Of a DNA stretch of 64,000 bases, positions 1-11,865 are shown piece by piece (positions within the stretch are counted from its first letter, which is position 1; every line of letters begins with the position of its first letter). Below the pieces are notes generated by a model. It had not been told where the DNA came from. It worked only from the letters and a program-made list of their open reading frames with translations, and ran no database searches. This DNA is from Mobula hypostoma. Lineage: Eukaryota. A program made the position numbers and the translations under genes. Location of the stretch: NCBI RefSeq assembly GCF_963921235.1, contig NC_086097.1, positions 21,578,001 through 21,642,000 on the forward strand, written 5' to 3'.

Positions 1-249
1 CCTGGGTCAGGTTAAGCTATAACAGTGCACAGTATTATTCAGTACCTTCACTCTCCCATGCTTACATTTTGCAAGGGGACAGGTTGACATTGCAGCCCAA
101 AGAAATCCTGCAAGTAGGAACACTTATCTCTGTGTGATTTGCTGCACATTTTCACCTGATATTTATTTTGCCCCCTCCTCTGATGAAAGTCAGTTGGATA
201 GGTAGTGGGAGAGTCTAGGGACAGAGAGCACAGCTGCATAATTGAAGCA

Positions 250-1100
250 CGTTCCTTTAGAACATAGGTAAGAAGGAATTTTTTTAGCCAGAAGGTAGTG
301 AATCTGTGGAATTAATTGCCATAGATGGCTGTGGAGGCCAAGTTGTTACAGTATATTTAAAGCAGAAGTTAATACGTACTTAGGCTGTCAAAGACGAGAA
401 AATCTGCGGATGGCTGGAAATTCAAGCAACGCACACAAAATGCTGGTGGAACGCAGCAGGCCAGGCAGCATCTATAGGAAGAGGTACAGTCGATGTTTCG
501 GGTCGAGACCCTTCGTCATAACTAACGGAAAAAAGAGATAGTAAGAGATTTGAAAGTGGAGGGGGGAGGGGGAGATCGGAAATGATAGGAGAAGACAGGA
601 GGGGGAGGGATAAAGCTAAGAGCTGGAAAGTTGATTGGCAAAAGGGATACAAGACTGGAGAAGGGGGAGTATCATGGGACAGAAGGCCTTGGAAGAAAAA
701 GGGGGAGGGGAGCACCAGAGGAAGATGGAGAACAGGCAAGGAGTTATTGTGAGAGGGAAAGAGAGAGAAAAAAAATTAAAAATTAAGGATGGGGTAAGAA
801 GGGGAGGAGGGGCATTTCCTCCCCCTCCTGTCTTCTATCATTTTGGATCTCCCCCTCCCCCTCCCCCTTCCACTTTCAAATCTCTTACTATCTCTTCTTT
901 CATTTAGTCTTGACGAAGGTTCTTGGCCCAAAACGTCGACTGTACTTCATCCTATAGATGCTGCCTGGCCTGCTGCATTCCATCAGCATCTTGTGTGTGA
1001 GGCTGTCAAAGGTTATGGGGAGAATGCGATTGAGAGTTAAAATAAATCAGCTATGATTGAATGGTAGAGCAGACTCGATGGGCTGAATGCCCTCATTCTG
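250..1100 (+). mobile_element. CR1 LINE 3' fragment interrupted by the 394-999 insertion
   Basis: CR1 3' motifs (gtgaatctgtggaat..gctgtggaggccaag, ggttatgggga, tail hairpin gggctgaatgccc) continue on either side of the duplicated aggctgtcaaag. Confidence 0.8.
394..999. mobile_element. Fold-back Penelope-like element (PLE) 3'-end insertion with 12-bp TSD
   Basis: TSD aggctgtcaaag at 382-393 and 1000-1011. Arms ~430-611 and ~816-999 are reverse complements. Homologous to the region downstream of the GIY-YIG stop in the PLE at 29053-30140. Degenerate hammerhead cores in both arms. Confidence 0.85.
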
Positions 1101-1820
1101 CTCCTAAGTCTTATGGTCTATGAATGATAGTAGAATTGATATTATAAGGGGTCCTGGATTCAAATATTGTCTCTTTATCACCACAATCAGAGACATAGTC
1201 CTTATCACAGTATCATAGATGCAGACTTTGAAGGGATTGGTTCGAAGTTGGGTCTTTCCAACTCAGGCTCAGCACCTGATGTCATTACCTTTTCCTGTTG
1301 ATGTTTTGCATTTATCTGGAGATCCAACTCACAAAATTAGCACTGGAATCATTTGACAAGGTATGACAGCAATATTTAAGAAATATTTGGACTAACTCAC
1401 GAACAGGCAGGAAATAAAGTGTTAGGGATTTTGTGCAGGCAGATAGGGTTAGTTTAAAGTGGCGTCATGGTCAGCACTGACTTTGTGGGCTGAATGGCCC
1501 GTTCCTTTGCTGTACTGTTCAATATTCTGGTTACTATCTTATAAGGTGTGAGCTGTGGAGGACCCCACGATGAACGTGAATGATCATGCATGGACTTGCA
1601 AAAATTGGCTCTTTCAAAGCCAGCCTAAACACAAGCAAAAATTAAAACATTGACTTTCTAAATGACTGTAAGCTTCTGAAGTGTGTAACTGCTTTAAAAT
1701 CTCTGTTTGTTAGGTTTGTTTTGAAGTTTTAGGAACCAGAAACAATTAGTAGTTTACACCAGTAAATGATTAGTGAAAGGTTATCATTGTTTGATGTTCA
1801 CCGAGCTTGGCAATTAGCTT

Positions 1821-1860
1821 GCAGACGTTTCTTCACCAACCAAGGTGACATCCTCAGTGC
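1821..1860 (-). ncRNA. Minimal hammerhead ribozyme motif (second family), in a probable PLE pseudo-LTR fragment ~1760-1990
   Basis: Minus strand: gca CTGAGGA tgtcacc ttggtt ggtgaa GAAA cg TC tgc. Stem I gca/tgc, stem II tcacc/ggtga, palindromic ACGT stem III. Upstream TATATAAA (1896-1903) and two CCAAT boxes. Confidence 0.65.
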
Positions 1861-2724
1861 GCAGTGGTTGGTGTTTCTCTCTGGGATTGCTCGTGTTTAT
1901 ATAGGCCCCCCTTCGCTTGCCTCAGTCCTGATTGGCTACGCCTTCAGTTGACTATCAAATCCTATTGGCTCGTGTTTCTTTGACTCATTTATTATACAGC
2001 CAGGAACAGGCCCTTCAGTCCACTATCTTCATGTCAACCATCAAGCACCCATCTACACCAATAGTATTTGCCAGAAATTGGCTATAACCTTGGTGATTCA
2101 AGTACTCATTAGATACCTGTCTCCACTACCCCCCTCTGAGTGAAATAATTCCTCCTTAGATCCCCTCTAATCTTCTTACCCCTTCCTGACACCTAAGCTC
2201 TTCAGTTTCAGATACAAGGTTGTGAGTGACTGTACAAGTCTCCAATCTTGGTTTGAATTCTTTGTGGCAAAACTTCTTTTGAACAAGGTTCCTTTTGTTC
2301 CTCTTTGGCCACCTTCCGGTGGTCAATGGATTTTTCTAATTTGCTCAATATTTCCAGCCAGGCGTTCTCTGTGAATATAATTAGAGACATCTTAGAGAGA
2401 AATGGAGGGATACGTAGGAGTTAAAGCTTAGCGTAAGTTAAAGGCCAGCACAACGTCGTAGGCTGAAGGGGCCTGTAATGTTCTGTAGAGTTCTACAGTA
2501 TATTCAATAATCCATTGGAGTCAATATAGTCACTGATTCTGCAAGGAGATTTCCCAGGGAAACTATATGAAGCAAGAGACAAACTACAGAAAGTACTCAG
2601 TGGATTGGGCAGCATCTATAGAGGCAAGGAGCTTCCAATAATTTGGGTGATGTCCTTGCGTCATCAGCCCTGGTGCAGGGTTGACTTTCCATATGCTGCC
2701 TGACCTGACCCCAGAGAAGACAGT

Positions 2725-3895
2725 TGTAGAGTCATGGAAGACTACAACACAACACAGAAACAGGTCCCTTGGCCCGTCTAGTCCATGCTGAACCATTGTA
2801 ACTACCAGAGCCACACCGGAACCATAGCCCTCCATACCCCTCCCATCTATATACCTATCCAAACTTTTTTTAAACTTTGAAATTGAAATCGCATGCACCA
2901 CTTGTGCTGGCAGCTCGTTCCACACTCTCATCACCCTCTGAGTGAAGAAGTTTCCCCTCATATTCCCTTTAAACTTTTCACCTTTTACCCCTAACCCATG
3001 ACCTCTGGTTTCACTCAACCTCAGTGGAAAAAGCCTGCTTGCATTTAGCCTATCTATACTGCTCATAGTTTTGTAAACCTTCATCAAATCTCCCATCAAT
3101 CTTCTACCCAACCACAACCTATTCCAGCTGCTACCATCCGGGAAATGATACCACAGCATAAAAGCAGGACCAACAGGCTCCAGGACAGCTTCTTCCACCA
3201 GGCCATCAGACTGATTAACTCGCGCTAATTTGAGTGTGTTCTATGTTACATTGACTGTTCTATTTATTATAAATTATTATGATTGCACATTGCACATTTA
3301 GATGGAGACGTAATGTAAAAACTTTTACTCCTCATGTATGTGAAGGATGTAAAAAATAAAGTCAATTCAATACAATTCAAAGAAGTTCTCACCTATTGAA
3401 TCTTTCCTTGTAACTCAGGTCCTCCAGTCCCGACAACATCCTTGTAAATTTTGTCTGCACTTTTTCAATCTTATTTACATTTTTCCTGTAGGTGGGTGAT
3501 CAAAACTGCACACAATACTCCAATTTAAGCCTCAGCAATGTATTATACAACTTCAACATAGCATCCCAACTCTTATACTCAGTGCCTTGATCTATGAAGG
3601 CCAATGTTCCAAAAGCTTTCTTTATGCCCCTGTCTACCTGTGACACCACTTTCAATAAATTATGGACCTGCGTTCCCAGATCACTTTGTTCTACCATGCT
3701 CCATAGTGCCTGACTGCTCGCTGGGAGGGACCTACTCTGGTTGGTCCTCCCAGGGTGGCACACCTCACAATTGTCTGCATTAAATTTCACCTGCCATTTC
3801 CCCATCTGGTCCAGATCCTGCTGCAAGCTTTGATAGCCTTCCTCGCTGACCACTACCCCTCCAATCTTGGTGTCATCCCTAAATTTACTTATCTA
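2725..3895 (-). mobile_element. CR1 LINE 3' ORF2 fragments, with a plus-strand Rex1/Babar 3' end nested at ~3110-3380
   Basis: ORFs 3500-3853 and 2584-3198 contain CR1 C-terminal motifs (KWQVKFNAD, LEYCVQF, TRGHGL, FFTQRV..VWNELP). Confidence 0.8.
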
Positions 3896-4224
3896 GCATC
3901 TTCCTCTTATGTTAATCCCCTGGCAGATTTTTCTCTCTGTGGAATAGACTATTCCTAAAATGTCAGCTCTGTGGCCCTCTGCGAGCTGGAACCGGCTGCA
4001 AGTGGTAATTAAACCTCAGGCAGTGGAACCTGAAGCCTTGCCCTCAGCACTGCCCTAATAACTTTTGACAGCTCCCTGCTGTAAAGAGGCATTTACACAC
4101 TATGAAACATCTCTCTTGTTCAAAGATATTTAAAAGCAGTTAAAGTGGATTTAAATGACTTAAAATATAATTAAAATAATTTTAAAAAACAAATTAGCCT
4201 TATTAAAAATCAAATATATATATA

Positions 4225-4300
4225 TATAGATAATGGCTAATTTATTAGGTACATGTATACACATGCCTGTTAATAAAAATATCTAATCAGCCAATCATGT
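4225..4300. mobile_element. Tc1-like MITE terminal fragment
   Basis: tggctaatttattaggtac...ctaatcagccaatcatg is the reverse complement of the right end of the 20162-20709 element. Confidence 0.55.
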
Positions 4301-4340
4301 CCAAAGTACAAAGTAAATTTATTATCAAAGTGCATACATG

Positions 4341-4705
4341 TGTAATGGGCTCTTCGGGTCTGTGCGGGGAGCTGGAGAGTTTTGGGCTTGGAGGTTTCTA
4401 GAGCACCTGGATTTGTTAATTGTTGTTTTAATGAGGGTCATTAATCCCTGGTGCTTTCTGTTTAAACTTGATAAGATTATCTTGACTGGCATGAGTTTTC
4501 GGCATTCTGTGATTATTTAAGTGGCCTCCCGATTTGCACATCGCTGGGTCCTAGCTTTGATAATGTTGTGCCTTGTGGTGTTGTCCTGCTGAGCCACCGA
4601 TGTTTTGTTGGAACTATAATGAGTAAACCCTGGTTACAAACTCCTCACGATATTCTGTCTTTCCTCTTCACTTGGGTTCAGCCTTTGCTAGCACTCACCA
4701 TGACA
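4341..4705. mobile_element. Solo LTR
   Basis: TG...CA termini with inverted ends tgtaatgg / ccatgaca. Interrupts the host LINE tail between ...gcatacatg and ...tcaccatatacaaccc. TSD not clean. Confidence 0.6.
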
Positions 4706-4802
4706 GTATATCACCATATACAACCCTGAGATTCATTTTCTTGCAGGCATACTCAATAAATCTATAGTAGAATAATAACCATAATAGAATCAATGAAGGA
4801 CT

Positions 4803-5042
4803 TTCTTTCTTTTTAAATCTTTTTATTGAGTAAGTATACAAAAAAGGTAAGCCATATAAACATTAATACAATGTTAAAGTATAATAAAATTCCAAAAGAT
4901 ATCAATACCAAAAAGAAATTACTACAAACAATGTAATTTAAACATAAGGAACCAAGATAACATAATAGTATACTAAATTTTATATATATCAATGGAAAGA
5001 AAAAGAAAAAAAAACCCCCCAAAAAAAAACCCACCGTGCAGC
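4803..5042 (-). mobile_element. 5'-truncated L1-like 3' UTR insertion with 8-bp TSD
   Basis: TSD gaaggact at 4795-4802 and 5043-5050. Minus strand ends in aataaa plus an A-rich tail. Confidence 0.6.
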
Positions 5043-5133
5043 GAAGGACTGCACCAACTTGGGTGTTCAACCAGCGTACAAAATACACAAACTGTGCAAA
5101 TACAAAAAGAAAGAAATAATAATAATAAGTAAG

Positions 5134-5615
5134 TCTCTCTCTCTCTTTCTCTGACTATCCATCCCATAGGATGATGATGGTTCCTTTCAGTCAGTTAGTG
5201 GGGTGGTACCCCACTCCTCAGAAAGGAACAGCGTATGCGTGAGTGGATTTTAGGTTAGTGGGGGGTTGCACAGGTCCAGACCCACCCTCTTGACATCCCC
5301 TCCCGGATCCAGCGGCATGGTGGGGTCCAAGACGGCTGGGGGAAGTTCTGTTTCAGTGAATGGCCAGACCAAGCTTCGATGAAAGGGATGCCCTTTCCGC
5401 GCTTTACGGCACGTGTTTGCTAGATGGCTGTTGACCCTACGAGAGGGTTCATCTGCCCTTTGACAGATCTTGTTTTTTGTCCTGCAGGGTGTCTAGCCAC
5501 CCTCCTCACCGGGCAAGCCTGGTGGGGGAACCGGTTTAGTTGCCGACCACCTGACCATGCGACAGGTAGTACTGGGTTACATGGCACCAGTTGCACTCAG
5601 ACGAGTGACCTGACC
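5134..5615 (-). mobile_element. Short non-autonomous retroelement (probably RTE-related) with (GA)n tail and TSD
   Basis: TSD aataagtaag at 5124-5133 and 5619-5628, (GA)n tail on the minus strand, GC-rich structured 5' region. Confidence 0.7.
5496..5585 (-). ncRNA. Twister-ribozyme-like motif (candidate)
   Basis: GCCA TG TAA CCCA GT ACTACCTG..CAGGTGGT..CCGG TTCCCCC..GC CCGG TGAG GAGGG TGGC. The P1, UAA, P2, P3, P4 and GAGGG elements fall in twister order. P2 has one mismatch and the P4 loop is enlarged. Confidence 0.45.
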
Positions 5616-7507
5616 ATAAATAAGTAAGCAATAACTATTGAGAACATGAGATGAAGAGTCCTTGAAAGTGAGTCCATAGGTTGTGGGAACAGTTCAGTGA
5701 TGGGGCAAGTAAAGTTGAGTGAAGTTTTCCCCTTTGATTAAAGAGTCTGATGGTTGAGGGGTAATAACTGTTCCTGACCCTGGTGGTGTGAGCCCTGAGG
5801 CTCCTGTACCTTCTTTCTGATGGCAGCAGCGAGAAGGGATAGTGATGGATGCTGCTTTCCTCCAATCATGCTTCGTGTAGATGTGCTCAGTGATGGGGAG
5901 GACTTTACCTGTGATGGACTGGGCCGTATTCTCTGCTTTTGGTAAGATTTTCCATTCAAGTGCTTTGCTGTTTCGATGCCAGTCAATATACTGTCCAACA
6001 CACATCTACAGAAGTTTTAGATGTCATGGCAAATCTTTGCAAATTCCTAAGGAAGTAGAGGTGCTGACCTGCTTTCTTTGTAGTTGCACGTAATCTGCTA
6101 GGCCCAGGACAAATCCTCTGAAATGCTAACACAGAGGAATTTAAAGTGGCTGACCCTCTCCATCTCTGATCCTCCGATGAGGACTGGCTCCAGTTTCCTC
6201 CTCCTGAACTCAATAATCAGGTCTTTGGTTTTGCTGACATTGAGTACGAGTTTGCTGTCAACACTCAGCCAGATTTTCAGTCTCCCTCCCATATGCTGAT
6301 TTATCACCACCTTGACAGTGGAGTAATCAGCAAAAACTTGAATATGGCATTGGAGCTGTACTTAGCCTGATGAAGTGTAGCAGCTGCCTGCCATCTCCAT
6401 GATTGCGTCAATGTGTTGGGCCCAGGCAAGATCCTCTCAGATCACCCAGGAACTTGAACCTGGCTGACTCTTTCTACTGCTGACCCGTCACAGATTGATG
6501 AGTGTTGTCTCGGCTTCCTAAAGTCCCTGGTCAATTCCCTGGTCTTGTCAACATTGAGTGTGAGGTTGTTGTCATGACGCCACTCAGCCAACTGATTTAC
6601 CTTGCTTCTGTGCACCTCCTCATCACCACCAGAGATTCTACCAACAACAGTGGTAGAGATAAGCAAAAGCAATATCAAAAATTAAGGAATGGAGTTGCTT
6701 GCTGGGGCCTGGTGTAATGCTGGGAGACTGCATTTGATACCTCAGTTGGTTTTACCACTGTCACTTGACTGAGTGATGAGGCCGGTGGACTGACACCTCT
6801 GCTCCAGTGTACTGCAGCACCCAGATGCAGCTACAGGTCGGAGGGTAGACAGGGACTGATGCTCTCAACAAAACGTGATCCACCATGATGTTTCTTCCTG
6901 TGGCTACTGTTTAATTTCCTCTGATTACACTCCCATGTAGTCCCTTGGTTGTATTAATGGCATATACATGCAAGTTGTAATAGTGTAAAAGCATTTACAG
7001 GCTAGAGGCAGGAATTAATTTACACCGAATCTTAATGAATCAAAATGGATTCAATTAAAATGATGTGAAACAAGATGAAGATATGTGGGGGTGGGGAGGG
7101 GTGCTGCGGCCAATAGTTGTCAGTGGTAATGTGGAGCAATTAGATTGGTGGCATTGTTTGATTACGCTCTTTCTTCCCCAGAGTAATGCTTCCAATAGAT
7201 AAAAATATCGCCTGCCAGCTCTATCAGGTCATCCCCTCAGCCTGCTTTGCTCCAGAGGAAACAACTCCAGCCTGTCTGATGAACAAGATCTGCAAGCAAG
7301 CAATTGCTGAGAGTTTTTGGATGTGCTGTTAAATCATGGCCCAAAAGGAGGCTGGGAACCCTCAATCTTCGCCCTCTAGTTCTTGATTCTCCAATCCTGG
7401 GAAAAAGGCAATGCTCGTTGACCCTCATGATTTTATGCACCTCTGTATTATTAGTCCTCGTTCTTCTACATTCCAGCGAAACGGTCCCAACCTGGCTCAG
7501 ACTCCCT

Positions 7508-7790
7508 CCACGGTAGCGTCGCAGTTAGCGCAACGCTATTGATGCTGAGAAGGTGGGAGTTCGGAGTTCAGTTCCGGCACCGTCTGTAAGTCTGTACGGT
7601 ACCCTCTCTCCCGGGAGTGCTTGGGTTTCCTCCGGGTGCTCCAGTTTCCTCCCACAGTCCAAAAACGCAGCGGTTAGTAGGTTAATTGGTCATTGTAAAT
7701 TGTACTGTGATGAGGCTAGGGATAAAGAAGTGGGTTGCTGGGCCGGAAGGGCCCGTTCCACACAGTATTTCTAAATAAATAAGTAAATAA
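7508..7790 (+). mobile_element. tRNA-derived V-SINE (HE1-like) with CR1-type tail
   Basis: A/B-box-like head, V-domain gggtttcctccgggtgctccagtttcctcccacagtccaaa, tail gggccggaagggccc...taaataaat. Further copies at ~8285-8545 (+), 9925-10150 (-), 11555-11840 (+), 25050-25260 (-), 28245-28540 (-), 42900-43190 (-), 48420-48580 (+), 50545-51340 (-), 58170-58360 (-). Confidence 0.8.
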
Positions 7791-8447
7791 ATCACAATTC
7801 CGTCCCTTGAGTTCCTAGCAACACTCTTGTAAGTCGAAAGATCAGCAGCAGTACCTGCTTTAGGCACAGGGGCTGTTCTCACATGATTTTGCCTCCACCA
7901 AAATTTCTTTTCTGTACTTTAGCAAATGAACAATTCCCAATGGGAATCCTGAATCTAGAGTTCCTAATCTCCTTCCCATTCTCGACTTTTCCTGAAAGAC
8001 ACTTGTTACAGACTGCTCAATTGAAAAAGGTGATTGTCAGTCATCCTAATTTCTTTTAATATTTTTCTCAGTATCAAATTTTATTTGGTTCCGCTCCTGT
8101 GAAACACCACTATTAAATTGGTAAATTGGTTTATTATTCTCACATGTACCGAGCTACAGTGAAAATCTTGTCTTGCATATCATAGATACAGCATATCATT
8201 ACACCAGAAGACTGAGGCAGCAGAAGGTAAAACAATAATAGAATGCAGAAAAAGGTGTTACAGTTACAGAGAAAATGCAGTGAAGTGGGTTTCCTTCGGG
8301 TGCTCCCATTTCCTTGCACATTCCAAAGACAGTAGGTTAATTGGTCATTGGAAATTGCCCTGTGATGAGGCGAGGGTTAAATGGGTGGGTTGCTGGGTGT
8401 TGTGGCTCATTGGGTCAGAAGGACCCGTTCCGTGCTGTGTCTGTAAT

Positions 8448-8528
8448 TAAAGGTTCCCAACCTGGGGTCCATGAATCCCTTGGTTAATGGTGGGGATCCA
8501 TGGCAAATAAAAAGGTTGGGAACCACTG
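8448..8528. mobile_element. ~80-bp hAT/Charlie-type MITE in a SINE tail
   Basis: TIR ggttcccaacct ... aggttgggaaccactg. 8-bp TSD is degenerate. Confidence 0.6.
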
Positions 8529-8742
8529 CTCTAAATAATAAATACACAGATAGATGGACAGATAAATAAATAAGGTGCAAGATCACAGAAAGGAAGATTG
8601 TGAGGGAAAGACTCCACCTTATCATGCTAGTAGTAGTCTTGTAACAGCAGAATAGAAATTACCCTTGAACCTGGTGGTGCATACTTTCAGGATTTTGTAT
8701 CTTCTACCCGATGGGAGGGGTGAGAAGAGAGCATATCTCTCT

Positions 8743-9590
8743 TGGTTGGTCTGATCAGAGGGGATGACGAGAGGGCCTACAGGGACGAGGTCCAGCACCT
8801 GGCTGCGTGGTGTGCCGACAACAATCTGGCCCTTAACACCCAGAAGACCAAGGAGATCATTGTGGACTTCAGGCATGCCAGGAGTCACACTCACGTGCCC
8901 ATCTACATCAACAGAGCTGTAGTGGAGCGTGTATCAAGCTTCAAATTCCTTGGTATCCACATTTCTGAGGATCTCACCTGGTCCCTGAACTCCTCCATCT
9001 TGATCAAAAAGGCCTTTATTTCCTGCGGAGCATGATGAAAGCTCACCTCTGTCCCAGGATACTGACTGACTTTTACTGCTGTACCATTGAGAGTATACTC
9101 ACCAACTGCATCTCAGTGTGGTATGGCAATTGTCCCGTATCGGACCACAAAGCACTCCAGCGTGTGGTGAAAACTGCCCAGCGGATTATTGACACCCAAT
9201 TGCCCACCATAGAGAACATCTACCATAAACGCTGCCTGGGCAGGGCGAAAAGCATTATCAAGGATGCATCTCACCCTAACCATGGACTTTTTACTCTCCT
9301 CCCATCCGGTAGGTGCTACAGGAGCCTCCGCTCCCACACCAGCAGGCACAGGAAGAGCTTCTTCTCTGAGGCTGTGACACTGCTGAACGTCTCATCACAG
9401 CGTTAAGCAGTATTGCATCTATATTGTAGTGTCTCAGTACTTTTATATTTGTGTGTTGTAGCACATTTTTTTATTCACAGTTACTTTGTAAATAACACTA
9501 TTCTTTGCATTTCTGGTCAGATGCTAAATGCATTTCATTGGCTTTGTATCTGTACTCGGCACAATGACAATAAAGTTGAATCTAATCTAA
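8743..9590 (+). mobile_element. Rex1/Babar-type LINE, 5'-truncated young copy
   Basis: ORFs 8742-9035 and 9032-9406 (WCADNNLALNTQKTKEIIVDFR, FKFLG, CTIESILTNCISVWYG). aataaa and (ctaat)n tail. Near-identical to 25970-26860. Confidence 0.88.
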
Positions 9591-11865
9591 TATCTGGTGG
9601 GGGATTGGATGGGGTGGAGGTCTTTGCATTAGGCTGGCTGCTTTACTGAATCAGTGAGAAATGAAGACACCACCCATGGAGAGGAGGCTGGTTTCCGTGA
9701 TGTGTGAACTGTGTCTGCAGCTCCCTGAAGTTTCTTGTGCACCCAGGCCGAGCAGTTGTCATACCAGGCCGTGATAGGTACATCCAGAGTGAATGTTTTC
9801 TACGGTGCGTTTATAAAAATTGGTGTAGGTCAATGGGCACATATCTGATTTCTTTCCTGAGGAAGTAGAGGCACTGGTGCACTTTCTTGACCATTGTGTC
9901 TACGTGGTTAGATCCAGGACAGATTATTTATTAATTGAGATACAGTGCAGAGTAGGTCCTTCCAGCCTAATTGTCACAGGACTATTTACAAAAACCAATT
10001 AACCTACCAGCCAGTACATCTTTGGACTGTGGGAGGAAACCAGAACACCCGGAGGAAACCCACGCAGTCACGGGGAGAATGTACAAACAAGCAGTGGCTG
10101 GAATTGAACCCAACACTGGTATTGTAAAGCGTGCTAACCACTACACTACTGTACTAATATTTACTCCTAGTAACTTGAAACTCTCATCCCTCTTAACCTT
10201 AGCACCACTGATATCAATAGGAGCATGTACACCACCCCTCTCCTGAACTCAGTGACCAGCTCTCGTGCTTTGCTGGCAAAAAGGTTGTTGTCATGCCATG
10301 TCACTAAACTCTCTATAACCTTTGACACTCTTACTAATTATTTATCAACCTCCACTTTAAATATACCCAATGACCAGCCTCCACAGCTGTCCGTGACGAT
10401 GAATTCCACCTTGTGGCTACAACCATTTTTCTTCATCTCTGTTCTATAAGAACATCCTTCTATTCTAAGGCTGTGCGCTTTGGTCCTAGACTTCCCACTA
10501 CAGGAAACATCTTCTCCACGTCCTCTCTGTCTAGGCCTTTCAATATTGAATAGGTTGAAATGAGATCTCATCTCATTTTTCTAAACTCCAGCAAGTACAG
10601 GCTTAGAGCCATCAAACACTACCCTTTCATTCTTGGGATCGTTTGACCTCCTTTGAAATATCTCCAATATCAGCACATCCTTCCTTAGATTGTGGTCTGA
10701 CCAATGGCTTCTAATTAGGAAATAAAATTAAAGTCTTTTGCCATTGAAGGCTAATCAGTGAACCCCCTTTCTCAACAACTCCTTCTGTTGTGCCACCTAG
10801 TGGAGAAGAGGAATGGTTTTGTCTGTGGGCCTGAGAAATCTTGCACACAAGGAGTGTACTTGGCTGGAACCACTTGTATGAAGAAATGTCTTGAGCAAGT
10901 GGAGAAAATTGGCAAGAAAGAAAGAAAATTGTAGTTAAAAGAAAAAACGTAATTTTGTAAATTAGGTTGGAAGCATTTTCAGTTTTTAGAAATGACATTT
11001 TTTAGCAGAAAATGTGACTCGAAATTTGAAAGAGAGCAGATGCTGGGACAGCATGCATTTGAACCGAGTTGGGTTAGCTACAGATAAATTGATAGCAGTG
11101 CTGATTAATCCTCAGAAAAATGCAGCTTGGAGATCTGTTTGCCTGCATAATAGATACTGTACATCAGATTAATTCATTATACATGGAGCTTTCTGAGATT
11201 CTCGCAGATGCACAGTGTGCCACAATATAAATGCAAATCTTCCCCCTTTATCTGTTTTGAAGCGGGAATGAAGGTTGCAGGTTTAGGGCAGATAAGTCAA
11301 ATGCTTCAGGGAACACAGTGCTTCCCAGTCACTGAGACCAAAAAGAAAATATTGGTGCTCTTCAAGTGTAATCCTCTCGGATAGAATAGTGGAGATTTCA
11401 GGATTAAGAAAATATTCCCTTCCTAAACCTCTTCTCTTCATTTCTCTCCCTAAATTAGAGATTGTGCTTTATGCAGAGCTGTCCAATGAAAATTGAATTG
11501 ATAAAGCAACTTGTATTTTACATACAATTAGTGTAAGGCGGAAAAGGCTCGATGGCACGGTAATGTAAAACACTTCACAGTTGGAGTGATCAGGATTTAA
11601 CTCCTGTCGCTCCCCATACAGAGTCTGAATGTTCTCCCTGTCACCATGTGGGTTCCTTCGAGTGCTTCTGCTCCCCCCACGTTCCAAAAGACAGGCACGT
11701 TAGTAAGTGGTGGGTATGCTTTGTTCAAGCCGACACTTGCGGTCTGCCCCGGCACATGCTCGGACTGTGTTGGTCGTTGATGCAAATACCGTGTGTTACT
11801 GTATGTGTTTATGCAGATGTGAGAAATACAGCTAATCTTTAATATTCAAGATCAAGATTGTTTAA

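Larger units (their letters stand above)
4300..6360 (-). mobile_element. Rex1/Babar-type LINE 3' portion hosting three nested insertions
   Basis: Minus ORF pieces LNVSKTKDLII..FKFL..ISEDLSWA, LLPSERRYRSLRAHTTRVRNSYYPSTIRL. Tail begins ccaaagtacaaagtaaatttatt. Confidence 0.75.

Noticed and set aside
178..200. CTGATGA followed by aagtc as a hammerhead
   Set aside because: No stem II, GAAA box or stem I partner in the right arrangement.
422..1040. ORFs 422-739, 635-907 and 843-1040 as host genes
   Set aside because: They lie within the non-coding fold-back PLE insert. The shared peptide (DAAWPAAFHQH) only reflects the inverted repeat.
7160..7232. Plus-strand acceptor ttcttccccAG as another ADCK1 exon
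   Set aside because: Translation does not resemble ADCK1, and the putative donor lies inside a CR1 fragment.
7508..7580. tRNA gene
   Set aside because: A tRNA-derived SINE head followed by V-domain and tail. No complete cloverleaf.
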